DNA of 64,000 nt, taken from Candidatus Moanibacter sp. (GTDB lineage Bacteria > Verrucomicrobiota > Verrucomicrobiia > Opitutales > UBA2987). Position numbers and translations under genes: made by a program. Position 1 is the first letter of the stretch. Every line of letters begins with the position of its first letter. Under the pieces are notes generated by a model. The model saw only the letters and a list, made by a program, of their open reading frames with translations, did no database searches and was not told where the DNA came from. Shown here in pieces: positions 34,517 to 45,982 of the stretch. The stretch covers positions 32,001 through 96,000 of the forward strand of contig CBDCEW010000093.1 of assembly GCA_965215885.1 (NCBI GenBank). Direction: 5' to 3'.

Positions 34517-37500
34517 CTAACGAAGTCGAATCAGTACTTTGGCGAATCCGCCGATTGTACCCTCGATAGTCAAGCCTAGGATGTCCACAGAAGGACAGCC
34601 AACGTCTGCATTACCGAAATTTCCGCAGCCCCCCCACATCTTCTCCCGCATCAATATTGCCCTCCGTTTTGGTCATTACTATTCCCGCTATCGCAACAGT
34701 TACGGGCAAGTTTCCACCTGCTACATCCTCCACCGTAACGCCGATCGCATCAGTACCAGGATCTGGATCTGTTGCGAACGCCCTCCCTGAAGCATCAATC
34801 GCCACTACAGAGCCGGCATTCATTCCTTGAGTGGAGGTCAGAGTCACCGCCACATATCCCTCAGAATTTGCATTTCCGTTACCGAGGAGGACATTCGTCG
34901 TAGAGGTCTCCCCGGACACATCCAAATCTTCATCGACCGTAATGACAGTGCCGGAATCTGAATACAAAGTGGGATCGCTAAGCGAGAGGTCAATGGTGAG
35001 ATCTCGTGGGTTCGAATTCGCGATAAAGGAGAGGGAACTCGTGGACGTCGTGTTGTCGATTTTGATGGCGCCGGCGAGAGAGAGATCGTCTCCAAATCGG
35101 ATCAAATTCCCCCCATTATCCACGGTACCTTTCAAAGTGATCGAGTTGCTGGGAGTCGTCCCCAACTGCGTGTCGCCGTCGACCACGAGACTTCCATCCG
35201 TGGAAAGTCCGACATCGGTCGAATTCGGCATCAGTACATCGACCCCGATCAGGGTGTCGGTACTACTCGCCGTCACCCCCTCGAGATCCACAACGATTCC
35301 CGTCGACGTGGTGTCATTATTGCCCGTCGTGTAATTCCCGTTCAGATCGACTTCAATGGCGGTGACCGAACCGGAAGTATTGTGGTCATTGTTTCCAGTA
35401 ACGACGATGATCGATCGCCCGTTGGCGCCGGTTAATACCGTCGATGAAGTCACCTTAAGGTTGGGAGATGCAGAAGAGCCTCCGTCGTCGTCGATTTCGA
35501 CCCCGGTATCTTCGAAGGCAGTGATGCTGTTTCCTTTTACAAACGCATCCTGGAGATCCACGGACGACCCAATAGTCACCGAGTCCGAGCCCGAACTGCC
35601 CGAAATTGTAATTCCCGACCCCTGCAAAAACGAGAGAATATCACTCGCGCCGTCGGCCACGGGATCGGTCCCAAGGGGTACACTGATCGTTTGAAAGAGG
35701 TTCTGTTGCACCGCGGCCGAGGAGATCGCCATGTCGAAGTCATTCAGCACATTCTGCACATCAGTATTAGCGGAATTGTCGAACTCATCCTTCACCCCAA
35801 TCAGTCCAGCTCCTGTAGTACCTACGGTTGATCCCAGCTCTGTTTCCGTGAAATAGCTGCCGTCATGATGGTGCAGCGCGGAGGCGTCTGTACTACCGGT
35901 TAGAGTAGAGACGTCGCTGGCCACGAGGTCGTCGTCGTCGCCGGCGGCGCCGAAATCGACCGTGCCGACGTTGTTGATACCGTTGCCCTCCAAATCGAGA
36001 TTGTTGGAAAAGACCGACGCTCCAGCGCTGAGAATGCCGCCTATGGTTACGTCCCCGTTCCCCTCGATGGACATCACCTCATTTAACCCGTCCGGATCCC
36101 GAGTGAAAAATCTGAGGGTGCTGAACTCTGAACCGGGTGACACCTCATCGAGCGTCGCCACGATCTCCCCAACGGCTTTGTCGCTTCCGGCGCTGTTTTG
36201 TGTCATCAGGAGAATTCCAGTCCCGATCCCGTCAGCAGCCATCGGGCCGCCAATTTCATGCGAGAGGGTCAAGACGTCGGTGACACCAGCAGTGTTCATA
36301 TCATATTCGATCACCTCAAGCGTTCCGTCGATCTCCGAACTGGCGTTGAGCTTGATTGTCGTATTCGAGGCGTTGAGGTTAATGTCGCCATTGAGGGCGT
36401 TGAGGTCGAGGTTACCCCCGTCGCCCGCCGAAACTGCGATCCCGGCCGAACCGGTGAGATTGCCGCCGATGTTAAAGATGTCATTGCCGTTCATATCGAT
36501 ATCGCCGTGAAAGATGGAGACACCGGGCATATTGATCCCGACCACGAGCGCCCCGGTGAGGGTGAGGTTTCCGGCCCCGTCCAGGACCATCGCTTCATTA
36601 AATCCAAAACCGCCCAGTCGTGTGAAAAAACTCAACTTGCTGTCAATGGAACCAAACGACGCATCGGTCGCCACTGCCTCAATCCGCCCAATGGTCTCAC
36701 CGGTCCCGAAATCACTCTCCGCATCAAACCGAAGCGCCACGCCGATGCCGTCGTCGCCATTGCCGCTGTCGACCTCGTGACTCAATTGCGCGACATCGAC
36801 CACGGTATTATTTTCAGCGACACTGGATACCGCCGTGAGAAAAATAGTCGAGCTCGACGTGGCCAGTGTTATCGAGCCGAACGGCGCGTTCACGTTGATA
36901 TCGTCGTCGGAGCTGAGGGTGAGCGTATTGCCCGACCCTGTCGCTGAGACGCTCAATCCCGCGTTGCCGGTAATATTTTCGCCTGCGTTGGTAATGTCGT
37001 TCCCGTTCATATCGAGCTCGCCCATGAGAGACGTGTCAGCGTTCAGGTTGATGGTCGTCACCGAGGCATTGAGATTGATGCTGCCGTCGAGAGCGTTGAT
37101 GTTCACGTCGGAGAAAGAGGAACTGATCTTGACCTCGCCTTTGGCCGTCACGATGACCTTTCCGTCGGCATCCATCGTGAGGTCACCTCCCTCTCCGTCC
37201 CCGGCCATGAGCGCCAGTGAACCGTTCTCCGACTGAACTGATGGAGTCCGGAGTGTTCCTGAAACGCTGACCGTATTGTCAAACGTGTTGATGTTCCCGG
37301 TCCAGTTGTTGTCGTCTGCCAGTATTCCGAATTCAGAGGAGTCGAGCCCGTCCAACTCCTCGGCGTCGCCAACGGATCCGTCATCATCCGTGTCGTAAGT
37401 CTCCTTATCGAGAAAATCACTCGAAGCGCTGCCTTCCAATGTCGCGGCATCTCCCGCTACCTTGGCGAAGAAGGCACGCCCCAACAATGCGATGCGCTGA

Positions 37501-37913
37501 TCGGGAGCGAGCTGCTCATTTCCCCCACCCAATTTGTCGTCGAACCAGATGCGCAGAAAGAGAATCGGGTAATCGGTAAATACGGAGTCCGAAATCGGAT
37601 CCTGGCCGGAATCACCCAGAAGGATGGAAAACAAACCTTTCGTCACCTGGAGGGTGACAGCGTTCATCGGAATGAAACTTCCATCGAGCGGTGAATTGCT
37701 CCATTGGATGGTCCCGGTATCATCCACCAGGGCAAAACGAAAATCGGCCATACCGTCGAAGTTATTGCCGTCGCTCCCAATTGCCCGCCCCTGATAGGCG
37801 ATCACGTTTTCCACCGGCGTCGGTGCCTTCAAAACGCCGACAAAAAGCAGCGTTGTGAGACCGACCGGTAAGGCGACTGTCTTTAAACTAACGCATAGCA
37901 TTGAAGTCTTCAT
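34517..37913 (-). CDS. F1: secreted fibre-like protein, most divergent paralog (~1131 aa if the G7 run is read as G6)
   Basis: Signal peptide, YQGR domain and DAATLEG/DAEELDGLDS motifs. The ORF stops at 34611, but removing one G at 34629-34635 gives ...DILGLTIEGTIGGFAKVLIRLR-stop. Confidence 0.78.
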
Positions 37914-38565
37914 TTTTTCTCTCCTGAGTTGATCTGGTTAATTGTGTACATTAAAAGATGCATGGGATTTCGGACCGGATATTTGCGAATTCGGTAACGC
38001 CATAGTTATCAGTCGCTCGCGAGCGAGCTTCCTACTCTCACAGTAACCAAGCGTAGGAAGCGCGCGCGCGCGAATCTTCTTTCTATTCCGACACTCTATA
38101 CTACTAACTTGAAAATGCTCGTTTTCTTGAGAAGAAATTCCTCAACCGAATATGTAACCCATTGATGCTCAATAGATTTTATTCTGTTCCCAAGAAGAGA
38201 TTGTAATGGCTAAGAAACCTCAATGGATCGCAGAATTCTCGGATGGCACAGGCAGAGCCCTTCCGATTTATTCCCCTTCTCGTAGAGTCTGCTGTACGGA
38301 AGATCCGCGGTTTTCTCAAATACATGTTCAATTCCTCTTCATTCGCGTCCATTCGCGTTCATCTGCGGTTCTCTTCTTCTTTTTGGGCTGCGGCTTCGCT
38401 GCGCTAGGGCCCTTTCCGCTTCCTTGGCAAGACGCATCCCGCTCAGCGGGAGGAGACAGCCCGGTGATCTCTGTGGCCCCTCTTCAATCCCAACCTCCTA
38501 ATTCCCTCTCCTACATCCTCCGAAGCTTTAGCGAAGGAGGACATTCACTCTTCGTGGACCTGGGC

Positions 38566-39633
38566 CTACTCAGGAACAATCTCATTCTGCAACAGCACCT
38601 GCACCCGCATAAAGCGCTTGTCGGCCGATTGCACTGATATGAAGTCCTCGTAGCTCACTTCGACGAATCCATCCATGTCCGGCGTAGTCCCAAGACTTAC
38701 GGGAGATAAATCTGTCCAGCTGCCTGAAGCCAAATCCCCGTTGACCTCGACAATATACGTAACGGCCGCGGGAAAAGGCCGACGAAGAAAGGTAAGGGTG
38801 AGAAAATCCTCTGTCGATGATCCGCTTACTTCCCCCTCCAGACTCATGGTCCCCATCCCGCCAAACATCGGCTGCGGGATCTTATCCCATCCCGAACTCG
38901 GAGCTGTCGGATCGCTCCCAAGGGCAAATTCAAATCCATTTGGCAATCCGTCGTTATCGAAATTGATAAAGGGACCGGCGTCAGCCGGGTCGGCCGGAAT
39001 GCCGAAGAATCCCTCCTGCCAGCTGTTCGGCAAAAAGTCGCCGCCGATTCCACCGGATAGATCGTTCAGGACTTTAACAAGGAGCGAACCGGAGACCATT
39101 GCCCCCGATCCATCCGTGTAATCGGCCATCACGACGGCATCCGTGTTCCCGGTCACCGTGCCTGCTACGGCAAGCCCGTCTGCCGTAACACCCAGGATCG
39201 GACCCGAATCGACACTCCAGGTCACCGCATCATCGTCCAGAGGCAGGGTCGTATCGTCGTCCATCAGCTGATCCGCCTCGAGTTCCAACGTGTCCTCTTC
39301 GTTGACCTCCGGTGGATCCGCCAGCGGGTCGGATGTGATCTTCACACCGGCAAGATCGTAGAGCTGGCCGGCGAAGCCGTTCTTAACAGTGTAAATCGGC
39401 GTGCCATCTTCGGAGATGCCGACCGCGGTGTCACCGATCGAGGAGTCGATCGTGTAGGGGCCGCCGGAGCTGGTACCCCCGCTGATCCCTATCCCCTGCA
39501 CCGTGATTTCGTAGGGGCCGCCCGACGGAAGTTCGCCGAAAGTGGGACTCCAACAAAGCAAAACAATCAGTCCGATTGTGCCTCCCCCGAAAAAGTAACG
39601 AATAGTGCGACGTAGCAATCTCCTGTGGTTCAT
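38566..39633 (-). CDS. Secreted surface protein, putative partner/anchor of the fibre genes
   Basis: Signal/TM segment, Gly-rich GGPYxI repeat, Ig-like middle, DFLPNSWQ...DNDGLPNGFEFALGSDP motif, C-terminal YIVE...DL...W...FMRV domain. Confidence 0.7.
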   Translation of the reverse strand: MNHRRLLRRTIRYFFGGGTIGLIVLLCWSPTFGELPSGGPYEITVQGIGISGGTSSGGPYTIDSSIGDTAVGISEDGTPIYTVKNGFAGQLYDLAGVKITSDPLADPPEVNEEDTLELEADQLMDDDTTLPLDDDAVTWSVDSGPILGVTADGLAVAGTVTGNTDAVVMADYTDGSGAMVSGSLLVKVLNDLSGGIGGDFLPNSWQEGFFGIPADPADAGPFINFDNDGLPNGFEFALGSDPTAPSSGWDKIPQPMFGGMGTMSLEGEVSGSSTEDFLTLTFLRRPFPAAVTYIVEVNGDLASGSWTDLSPVSLGTTPDMDGFVEVSYEDFISVQSADKRFMRVQVLLQNEIVPE

Positions 39634-40519
39634 AATAAGCTTGATATCAGATTCAAAGCTGAAACGAAAGCCTTAATTTTGCCTCGATCCCCCGAATCGC
39701 CAACCTACTTCTTGCGCCGCAAACAAACTCTTTGATCTTTCCGCGCTGAAAAGATTTGAACAGAAGGAAACCCCTTCGGCGGGGCTCAGGGCACGAGAGA
39801 GAAACGAAGAGGGATAAGAGAAGAAGAGTAGCCCATCCCGGCGCCCCGGGACTCCCCAGTACCCTAGCGCAGCAGAGCCGCAAAAAAAAGGAATAAGAGA
39901 ACCGCAAATGGACGCAAATGAACGCGAATGAAGAGGAAGGCACCACGGATTCGAGAAAACCGCAGATTTGATGAAGAGGGATTCCCAACGGTTCGACAGG
40001 CTCACCCCGAACTCATAAACAGTGAGGAGATTCTTGATCGAATCGAGAAGGCAACTCGGAATACCCTGGTAACCTTGTCCCGAACCTTTTCGACCCCACT
40101 ACCTTGATTACCAACATGTTACACTCCAAAACGAGTTCAAAAAACTAAGTTCTGACGGATAGTACCGCGGATGGGAGAAAATGGAGCCAAGGAAGCGATA
40201 ATTGGTTAGATCGCAGGAGAGAGCAGAGCGAAGCTCGGTTAACGGGTTTCCTTGCGTTAATCGCAGGCCCTAAAGGCAGGTACTACGACCCTGCTGCGAT
40301 ATCGTAACGGGAGTTTATGACACCCGCAGGATCCGTGGTACTGCGGAGCTCCCGGCGCGCCGGGATGGGCATTTTCGCTAAGCCCGAAGGCCCGTCTGAC
40401 CACTATTCAAGGGTAGGAGCAATACTTTGCGCCTTCGCGTCTTCTCGACAGGGTGTAGTGCAGCTGCGCGCGTCGAAGCCCGTTACATGAGAGTTTTCCC
40501 TCTCTCTCTCGCATCCCGC

Positions 40520-41320
40520 TCACACTTCCTTCTTCCCCAACTGCTGCTCGTGGAAATAGCGGATACAGGTCACAAAGGCCTCTCGGTTATCCATGTGCAC
40601 GAAGTGGCCGGCATCGCGAATGGTGGAAAGGACGTAATTGGGAAAATGCACCGCGATGGAGTGACGATCACGATCGAGAATGTAATTGGACAGTGCCCCT
40701 CGCACAAAGAGGGTGGGTCCTTTAAACTGTTCATCCAGGTGGAGCGGATTCTTGGAAAATACAGGCACATACTCTTCCAGAACGGCCAGCGGGACTTGCC
40801 ATTTGAAGCCGCCGTCCGGCTCACGGGCCAGGTTTGTGAGCAGGAATCTTCGCAGGGTCCAGTTTTCTATCCGCGAGGCCAGCGCTGCTTCCGCCTCCGC
40901 TCGATTCTCCAGCCCGTCGAGATCGAGAGCGCTGAGGGATGCGAGCACATTTCTGTGGAGAGGAGGATAATCCTTTGGAGCCACGTCGACAACGATGCAG
41001 GTATCGATCCAGTGTGGATTACGGCAGCTGTAAAGCATAGCTACCCTCCCGCCCAGGCTGTGTCCCAGGAGGATAATCCGGCCGAGCTTCTGTTTGTCGA
41101 GCCAGAGGGCGAGATCATCGACCATGTCCTCAAATGTCATCGACCCGATATGGGGTGAGGCGCCGTGATTACGTAGATCGAGCGCGAAAACCTCGTAGTC
41201 TTCAGCCAGCCTCTTTCCCGCTGCCTGCCAATTGCGGGATGAGCCGAGAAGCCCATGCAAGATTACCAGGGGCGGTTTCCCTTCCCCTCCGAAGTAGCGG
41301 TATTCCAGTTCAACAGGCAT
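40520..41320 (-). CDS. Alpha/beta hydrolase (YbfF-like esterase)
   Basis: LHGLLGS, DLRNHG, GHSLGG and AGHFVH motifs; start at ATG 41320. Confidence 0.9.
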   Translation of the reverse strand: MPVELEYRYFGGEGKPPLVILHGLLGSSRNWQAAGKRLAEDYEVFALDLRNHGASPHIGSMTFEDMVDDLALWLDKQKLGRIILLGHSLGGRVAMLYSCRNPHWIDTCIVVDVAPKDYPPLHRNVLASLSALDLDGLENRAEAEAALASRIENWTLRRFLLTNLAREPDGGFKWQVPLAVLEEYVPVFSKNPLHLDEQFKGPTLFVRGALSNYILDRDRHSIAVHFPNYVLSTIRDAGHFVHMDNREAFVTCIRYFHEQQLGKKEV

Positions 41321-41917
41321 CGAGGATGTGGAGTGTGAGAGTGAAAGCGTAAAGTGAAAGGTGCGCGCAATGCGAGTTTCGGATTTCGAACGGGGACGGG
41401 CAAGTAGGTCGTAATAATGGAAGTGGAAATTTAGCTGGGAATAGAAGAATACACAATTGGCAAAGAAAGACAAGCGCAAGGGATCCAAGCCGTCGGATTT
41501 CGGGTATCCGGGGCGCAAAGATCAGGGAATGCCCCCTCCTGCGCTAAAGCTACGGAAGGTGTACGCTAAAGAAGCGAAATTCCGCAAAACATTCTTTTCG
41601 GAAAGAATCGATGGATTATAGATAATTAGGGACAGGCAATCTATACGATTCAGGTCAATTTGAACAAAACATTTTAAATATGAACAGTGCGACTAGAATT
41701 AGTGGACGTAGAGCTATGTATCATTCGGCACCAGCCCGGTACACTGGTTTTCCGCCCTAACAGATCCATCTACCCCCGGCGCACCGCGAAACGGACACTG
41801 GATACTGGTCATTTCCATTTCTCCATTCTTCAACTTTTCAACCCTTCTTCCCCACTTTCCTGTTGCCAAAAAAACCCGGAGCTAATCAGATTTCGCCATC
41901 CGCGATCGCGGCAGCAG

Positions 41918-44473
41918 ATGGCCAGGAAAAAGAGCAATATCACACCGATGATGGAGCAGTACCTGAAGGTACGGCGAGGGCTGCCGCCCAATACGCTGCT
42001 TCTCTTCAGGCTGGGCGATTTCTACGAGCTGTTTCAAGAGGATGCGAAGGAAGGGGCATCGATTCTGGGTATTACCCTGACCCAACGCAACGGCATGCCT
42101 ATGGCGGGAATTCCCTATCACGCGGCGGACAATTACGTCGGGAAACTTCTGGCGGCCGGGAAGAAGGTCGGTATATGCGACCAGATGGAACCCCCTTCTC
42201 CGGGCAGGATCGTTCGGCGCTCCCTGACCCGGATACTCACTCCCGGGACTACCCTCGAAGATCACCAGATCGAATCCCGGAAGAGTCAGTTCATTCTCGC
42301 CCTCACGATTGAGAATGCGGGCTTGCAGGCGGCTTGGCTCGATCTCACTACAGGTGAATTCCAGATCGCCTTCGACCCACAACCCGGGAATCTTCTCTCG
42401 GTTTTTACGGGCATCGATCCTCGTGAAATCATCCTCCCTGAAATGGGCAGGCAGGAATGGGGTAGAGAAGAAGGATCCGAAAGCTGGTCAGGAAATCTTG
42501 AGCAATTCTGCGACAGCCGTCCCGTAACCGAATTACCAGACTATCACTTTGAACAATCGGGTGGCGCACAAACTGTTCTCGAAGCATTGAGAGTGCTTTC
42601 CCTGGAAGGATTCGGTATCAGCCGAAGACATCCCGCCCTCGGTTGCGCCGGAGCGCTTATTTACTACGTAACGGAAAACCTGTGTGCCAAACCGGAGAAT
42701 CTGAAGCAGATCAGGGAATATCGCAGCGATCGCACCCTTCTTCTCGACCCTGCCACGCTCCGAAATCTGGAGATATTTTCCACCGCTCAGAATACGAGAG
42801 AGGGCTCCCTCCTCGAGGCCATGAACGCCACTGTGACGGCGACGGGGGCGCGACTCCTGGAGCAATACCTCTCCGAACCTACCCTCGACCTCGAAGAATT
42901 GGAACGCCGGCAGAGATGCGTGACGGAGTTCCTGGAAGCGCCGGGATTCGCATCCGAGTTACAGAATTACTTGAAAGGAGTTCGTGACCTGCCTCGCGTT
43001 CTCGGCCGTCTTCAAAATCGCATTCGGAATCCTCGCGAGGCGGGCGGAGTGCGCGATACCCTCCGGCAAATTCCCCTCATTCTTCAGGTACTGAACCAGT
43101 TCGACGGGCCAGCCATCGGCGGTCTTGCCGCCTGCGTGAACGAATATCCGGCACTCAGTGAACTTCTCGAAATGGGTCTTGAAGAGGGTTTGCCCAACCA
43201 ACTGCAAGAGGGCGGATACATTCGCGAGGGCTTTGACGCTGAACTCGACAAACTCAAGGCTCTTACCCGCGATAACAAGACCTGGCTTTCCGACTTGGAG
43301 AGGACCGAACAGAAGCGTACCGGAATCCGGAATCTGCGTATCAGATATAACAACGCTTTCGGCTACTTCATCGAAGTTACAAAATCGAACCTCCACCTCG
43401 TACCGGACAACTATATCCGCAAACAGACAATGACCAATGCGGAGCGCTATTACACCGAGGAATTAAAGGAGAAAGAGCGGGAAATCCTCCACGCCGACGA
43501 GAAATCAATCGCTCGGGAGGAGGAGATATTTCGCGATCTCGTCGCAAAGATTCTGGTCGAAGCCGACAGTCTCAACAACACCGCTCAAGCCCTAGCGGAG
43601 ATCGATCTATACCTGGGCTGGTCAAGAATCGCACGGGAATGGGACTATTGCTGCCCGGCACTCGAGCAGAGCGAATGCCTTTCCATCGAACAGGGTAGAC
43701 ACCCCGTCGTCGAGCAGACGATGCGTCGCGAGCGATATGGCCTCGCCGGGACGCACGCATTTGTCCCGAACGACACCTATCTGAGCGCGGGCGAAGAGCA
43801 GATCGGGCTGGTTACCGGTCCTAACATGGCGGGAAAATCGACTTATATCAGGCAAGTCGCCCTCATCACCCTGATGGCCCAGGTCGGTTCCTGGGTGCCG
43901 GCCGGGAGATGCCGAATCGGCCTCGTTGATCGCATCTTTTCCCGGGTGGGGGCGAGCGACGATCTCGCAAGGGGAAATTCAACTTTCATGGTGGAGATGA
44001 ACGAAACTGCCAACATCCTGAACAATGCGACCGGAAAGACGCTCATTATTCTCGACGAAATCGGCCGCGGAACCAGCACCTACGACGGTCTCAGCATTGC
44101 CTGGGCTGTGGTGGAACACCTCCATGGCGACAACGAAGAAGGACCCCGCACGCTATTCGCAACGCACTACCACGAGCTTACACAGCTCGAGCAGCAGCTC
44201 CCGCGCGTCCGCAATTATTGCGTAGCGGTTAAGGAATGGAACGATGAGATCGTCTTTGTGCGCCAAGTCGTCAAAGGATCGTCCGATCGCAGCTATGGCA
44301 TACAGGTGGCACGCCTGGCCGGCCTTCCTCAAACTGTCATCGAACGCGCCAAAAAAATACTCGAGAAACTCGAAGCCGATGACTCCAGCCATAACCTCCT
44401 CCGCAAACGCATGAAGCGAATAAAGGACGCCCGGAAGAAAGGGGAAGATCTGGGGCAGCTGGAATTGTTCTGA
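41918..44473 (+). CDS. mutS: DNA mismatch repair protein MutS
   Basis: TPMMEQY, FRLGDFYELF, TGPNMAGKST, DEIGRGTST, SYGIQVA motifs. Confidence 0.98.
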   Translation: MARKKSNITPMMEQYLKVRRGLPPNTLLLFRLGDFYELFQEDAKEGASILGITLTQRNGMPMAGIPYHAADNYVGKLLAAGKKVGICDQMEPPSPGRIVRRSLTRILTPGTTLEDHQIESRKSQFILALTIENAGLQAAWLDLTTGEFQIAFDPQPGNLLSVFTGIDPREIILPEMGRQEWGREEGSESWSGNLEQFCDSRPVTELPDYHFEQSGGAQTVLEALRVLSLEGFGISRRHPALGCAGALIYYVTENLCAKPENLKQIREYRSDRTLLLDPATLRNLEIFSTAQNTREGSLLEAMNATVTATGARLLEQYLSEPTLDLEELERRQRCVTEFLEAPGFASELQNYLKGVRDLPRVLGRLQNRIRNPREAGGVRDTLRQIPLILQVLNQFDGPAIGGLAACVNEYPALSELLEMGLEEGLPNQLQEGGYIREGFDAELDKLKALTRDNKTWLSDLERTEQKRTGIRNLRIRYNNAFGYFIEVTKSNLHLVPDNYIRKQTMTNAERYYTEELKEKEREILHADEKSIAREEEIFRDLVAKILVEADSLNNTAQALAEIDLYLGWSRIAREWDYCCPALEQSECLSIEQGRHPVVEQTMRRERYGLAGTHAFVPNDTYLSAGEEQIGLVTGPNMAGKSTYIRQVALITLMAQVGSWVPAGRCRIGLVDRIFSRVGASDDLARGNSTFMVEMNETANILNNATGKTLIILDEIGRGTSTYDGLSIAWAVVEHLHGDNEEGPRTLFATHYHELTQLEQQLPRVRNYCVAVKEWNDEIVFVRQVVKGSSDRSYGIQVARLAGLPQTVIERAKKILEKLEADDSSHNLLRKRMKRIKDARKKGEDLGQLELF

Positions 44474-44844
44474 GAAAGGGTTCAGAGTTCGGAGTTCAGT
44501 AAACTATCGTCACTCGGTGCCCCGTGTAGGAGCGGATTGATTCCGCGATCGGTAAGACCGACTTCAATTTTGGGTTCTATATCTGGATCGTGGATTGAAC
44601 CACTCTTTCGCGGCTACAGCAGAGTCCTACAGCTCCGCTACAGTGATGTAGGCCCGCGCTCGCACGGGATCTACCAAGCCGATTGGTCCGTCCAAATTGA
44701 TCCTCTGCCGTACCGCAGAGTCCCTACATCACTGATCGACAAGGTTCGGGGCCCGCTTTTGAGCATGGATACCCCACCGCAGTTACGCTTCTAATTTCCG
44801 CGCAGCGACGCACAGCTGTATCACCGTATTTGCAAATTGGAGTT

Positions 44845-45782
44845 CTACGAACCGAGCAACTTCCTCTTTGAGAAGAACAGTATCCCGAGGATTCCGATAA
44901 CCAGCAAAACGCTCGTCGCCGGTTCCGGAACGACCTCGAAGACAATGGCATCGAGGTGGGAGACGGTGTTACCCAATTGGGTGATATTGCCGCTTGATGT
45001 ATCGATTGTTATAAGCGTTTTCAACGGTACATTGCCGTTGGCCACATTCAATACCCCGAAAAGGTTGTCGAACTCGTCAAACGCCAATGCGTTGATTGAA
45101 ACACTTAACCCCGTTCCACCGGAAAGATTCGCCGCAAGGGTCGGAAGACCGGTGCCCCTGTCAATCGTCAGCAGCAGCCCATCATCTGTGACTAATCCGC
45201 CACCGGCAAATGTATCTCCTCTCGGTGTAAAGAAGATGTTCCCTGAAGCGTCCGACGCCAAACCCGAACCGAACGTGTTTAATCCCGACTCGCCCATCAG
45301 CGTGGCCTGCCCAGATCAAGGGCGAGTTCAATAGTGAAGAGGTCATCCGTGCTATTCTCTAACCATCCGAAAAGGACACCCGATGGATTGAAAGTGAGAT
45401 CCGCCATTGTCTGTGTTGCAATACCTCCAAAAGGGCCGACACTCGCCGCCACAATGAAGCCAAAGTCGCCAACAATCGTTCCCTGACCAGTCTCTTTATT
45501 AATCGTGATGAGGTGACCCGGAAAATTTGCATCATTGTTGGAAGTCGATCCGTAAAGCACTCCGGTTGTCGGGTGGATGGCAAGGCCGGTCACGGCAAAG
45601 CCGATGGGACCCACGGTTGTGCCAATGGACCCATCCGACTTATCAAGAATGTAAAGTTCCGATGGATTGCCTTGTGACCCGTCGGTACCGTAGAGAATGA
45701 ATTGGCCATGCAACTGTGCGCCGCTCAACCAAATGCAAACTGCGACGGGTGCAAATATGAAGATTTTCCTGATTATTTTCAT
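44845..45782 (-). pseudogene. PEP-CTERM surface protein, frameshifted near 45315
   Basis: Signal peptide from ATG 45782, beta-propeller-like repeats, C-terminal VPEPATSVLL...SKRK; two abutting ORFs. Confidence 0.75.
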
Positions 45783-45982
45783 ATAGGTCAGGATAGGTAC
45801 CCAAGAAGCGATCCTCGACTCTATTAATGTAGTAGCCTGTAAAGCGTAGAGCAAGAAAAATTTAGCGGGAATTCTCCGAGCACTCCCGAACCTTGTCGAC
45901 ATTTTGGAGAAAATCAAATCAAACCTCGAGTCTGTTAGCCACGCGAACTTGCATGCCCGAATCAAAGGTCTCCGCCACTTGA

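Noticed and set aside
11151..37913. Prophage, tailocin or contractile injection system
   Set aside because: No capsid, terminase, sheath, tube, baseplate or lysis genes are visible, and the fibres carry signal peptides.
6521..40500. CRISPR array among the intergenic repeats
   Set aside because: No regularly spaced direct repeats with unique spacers, and no cas genes.
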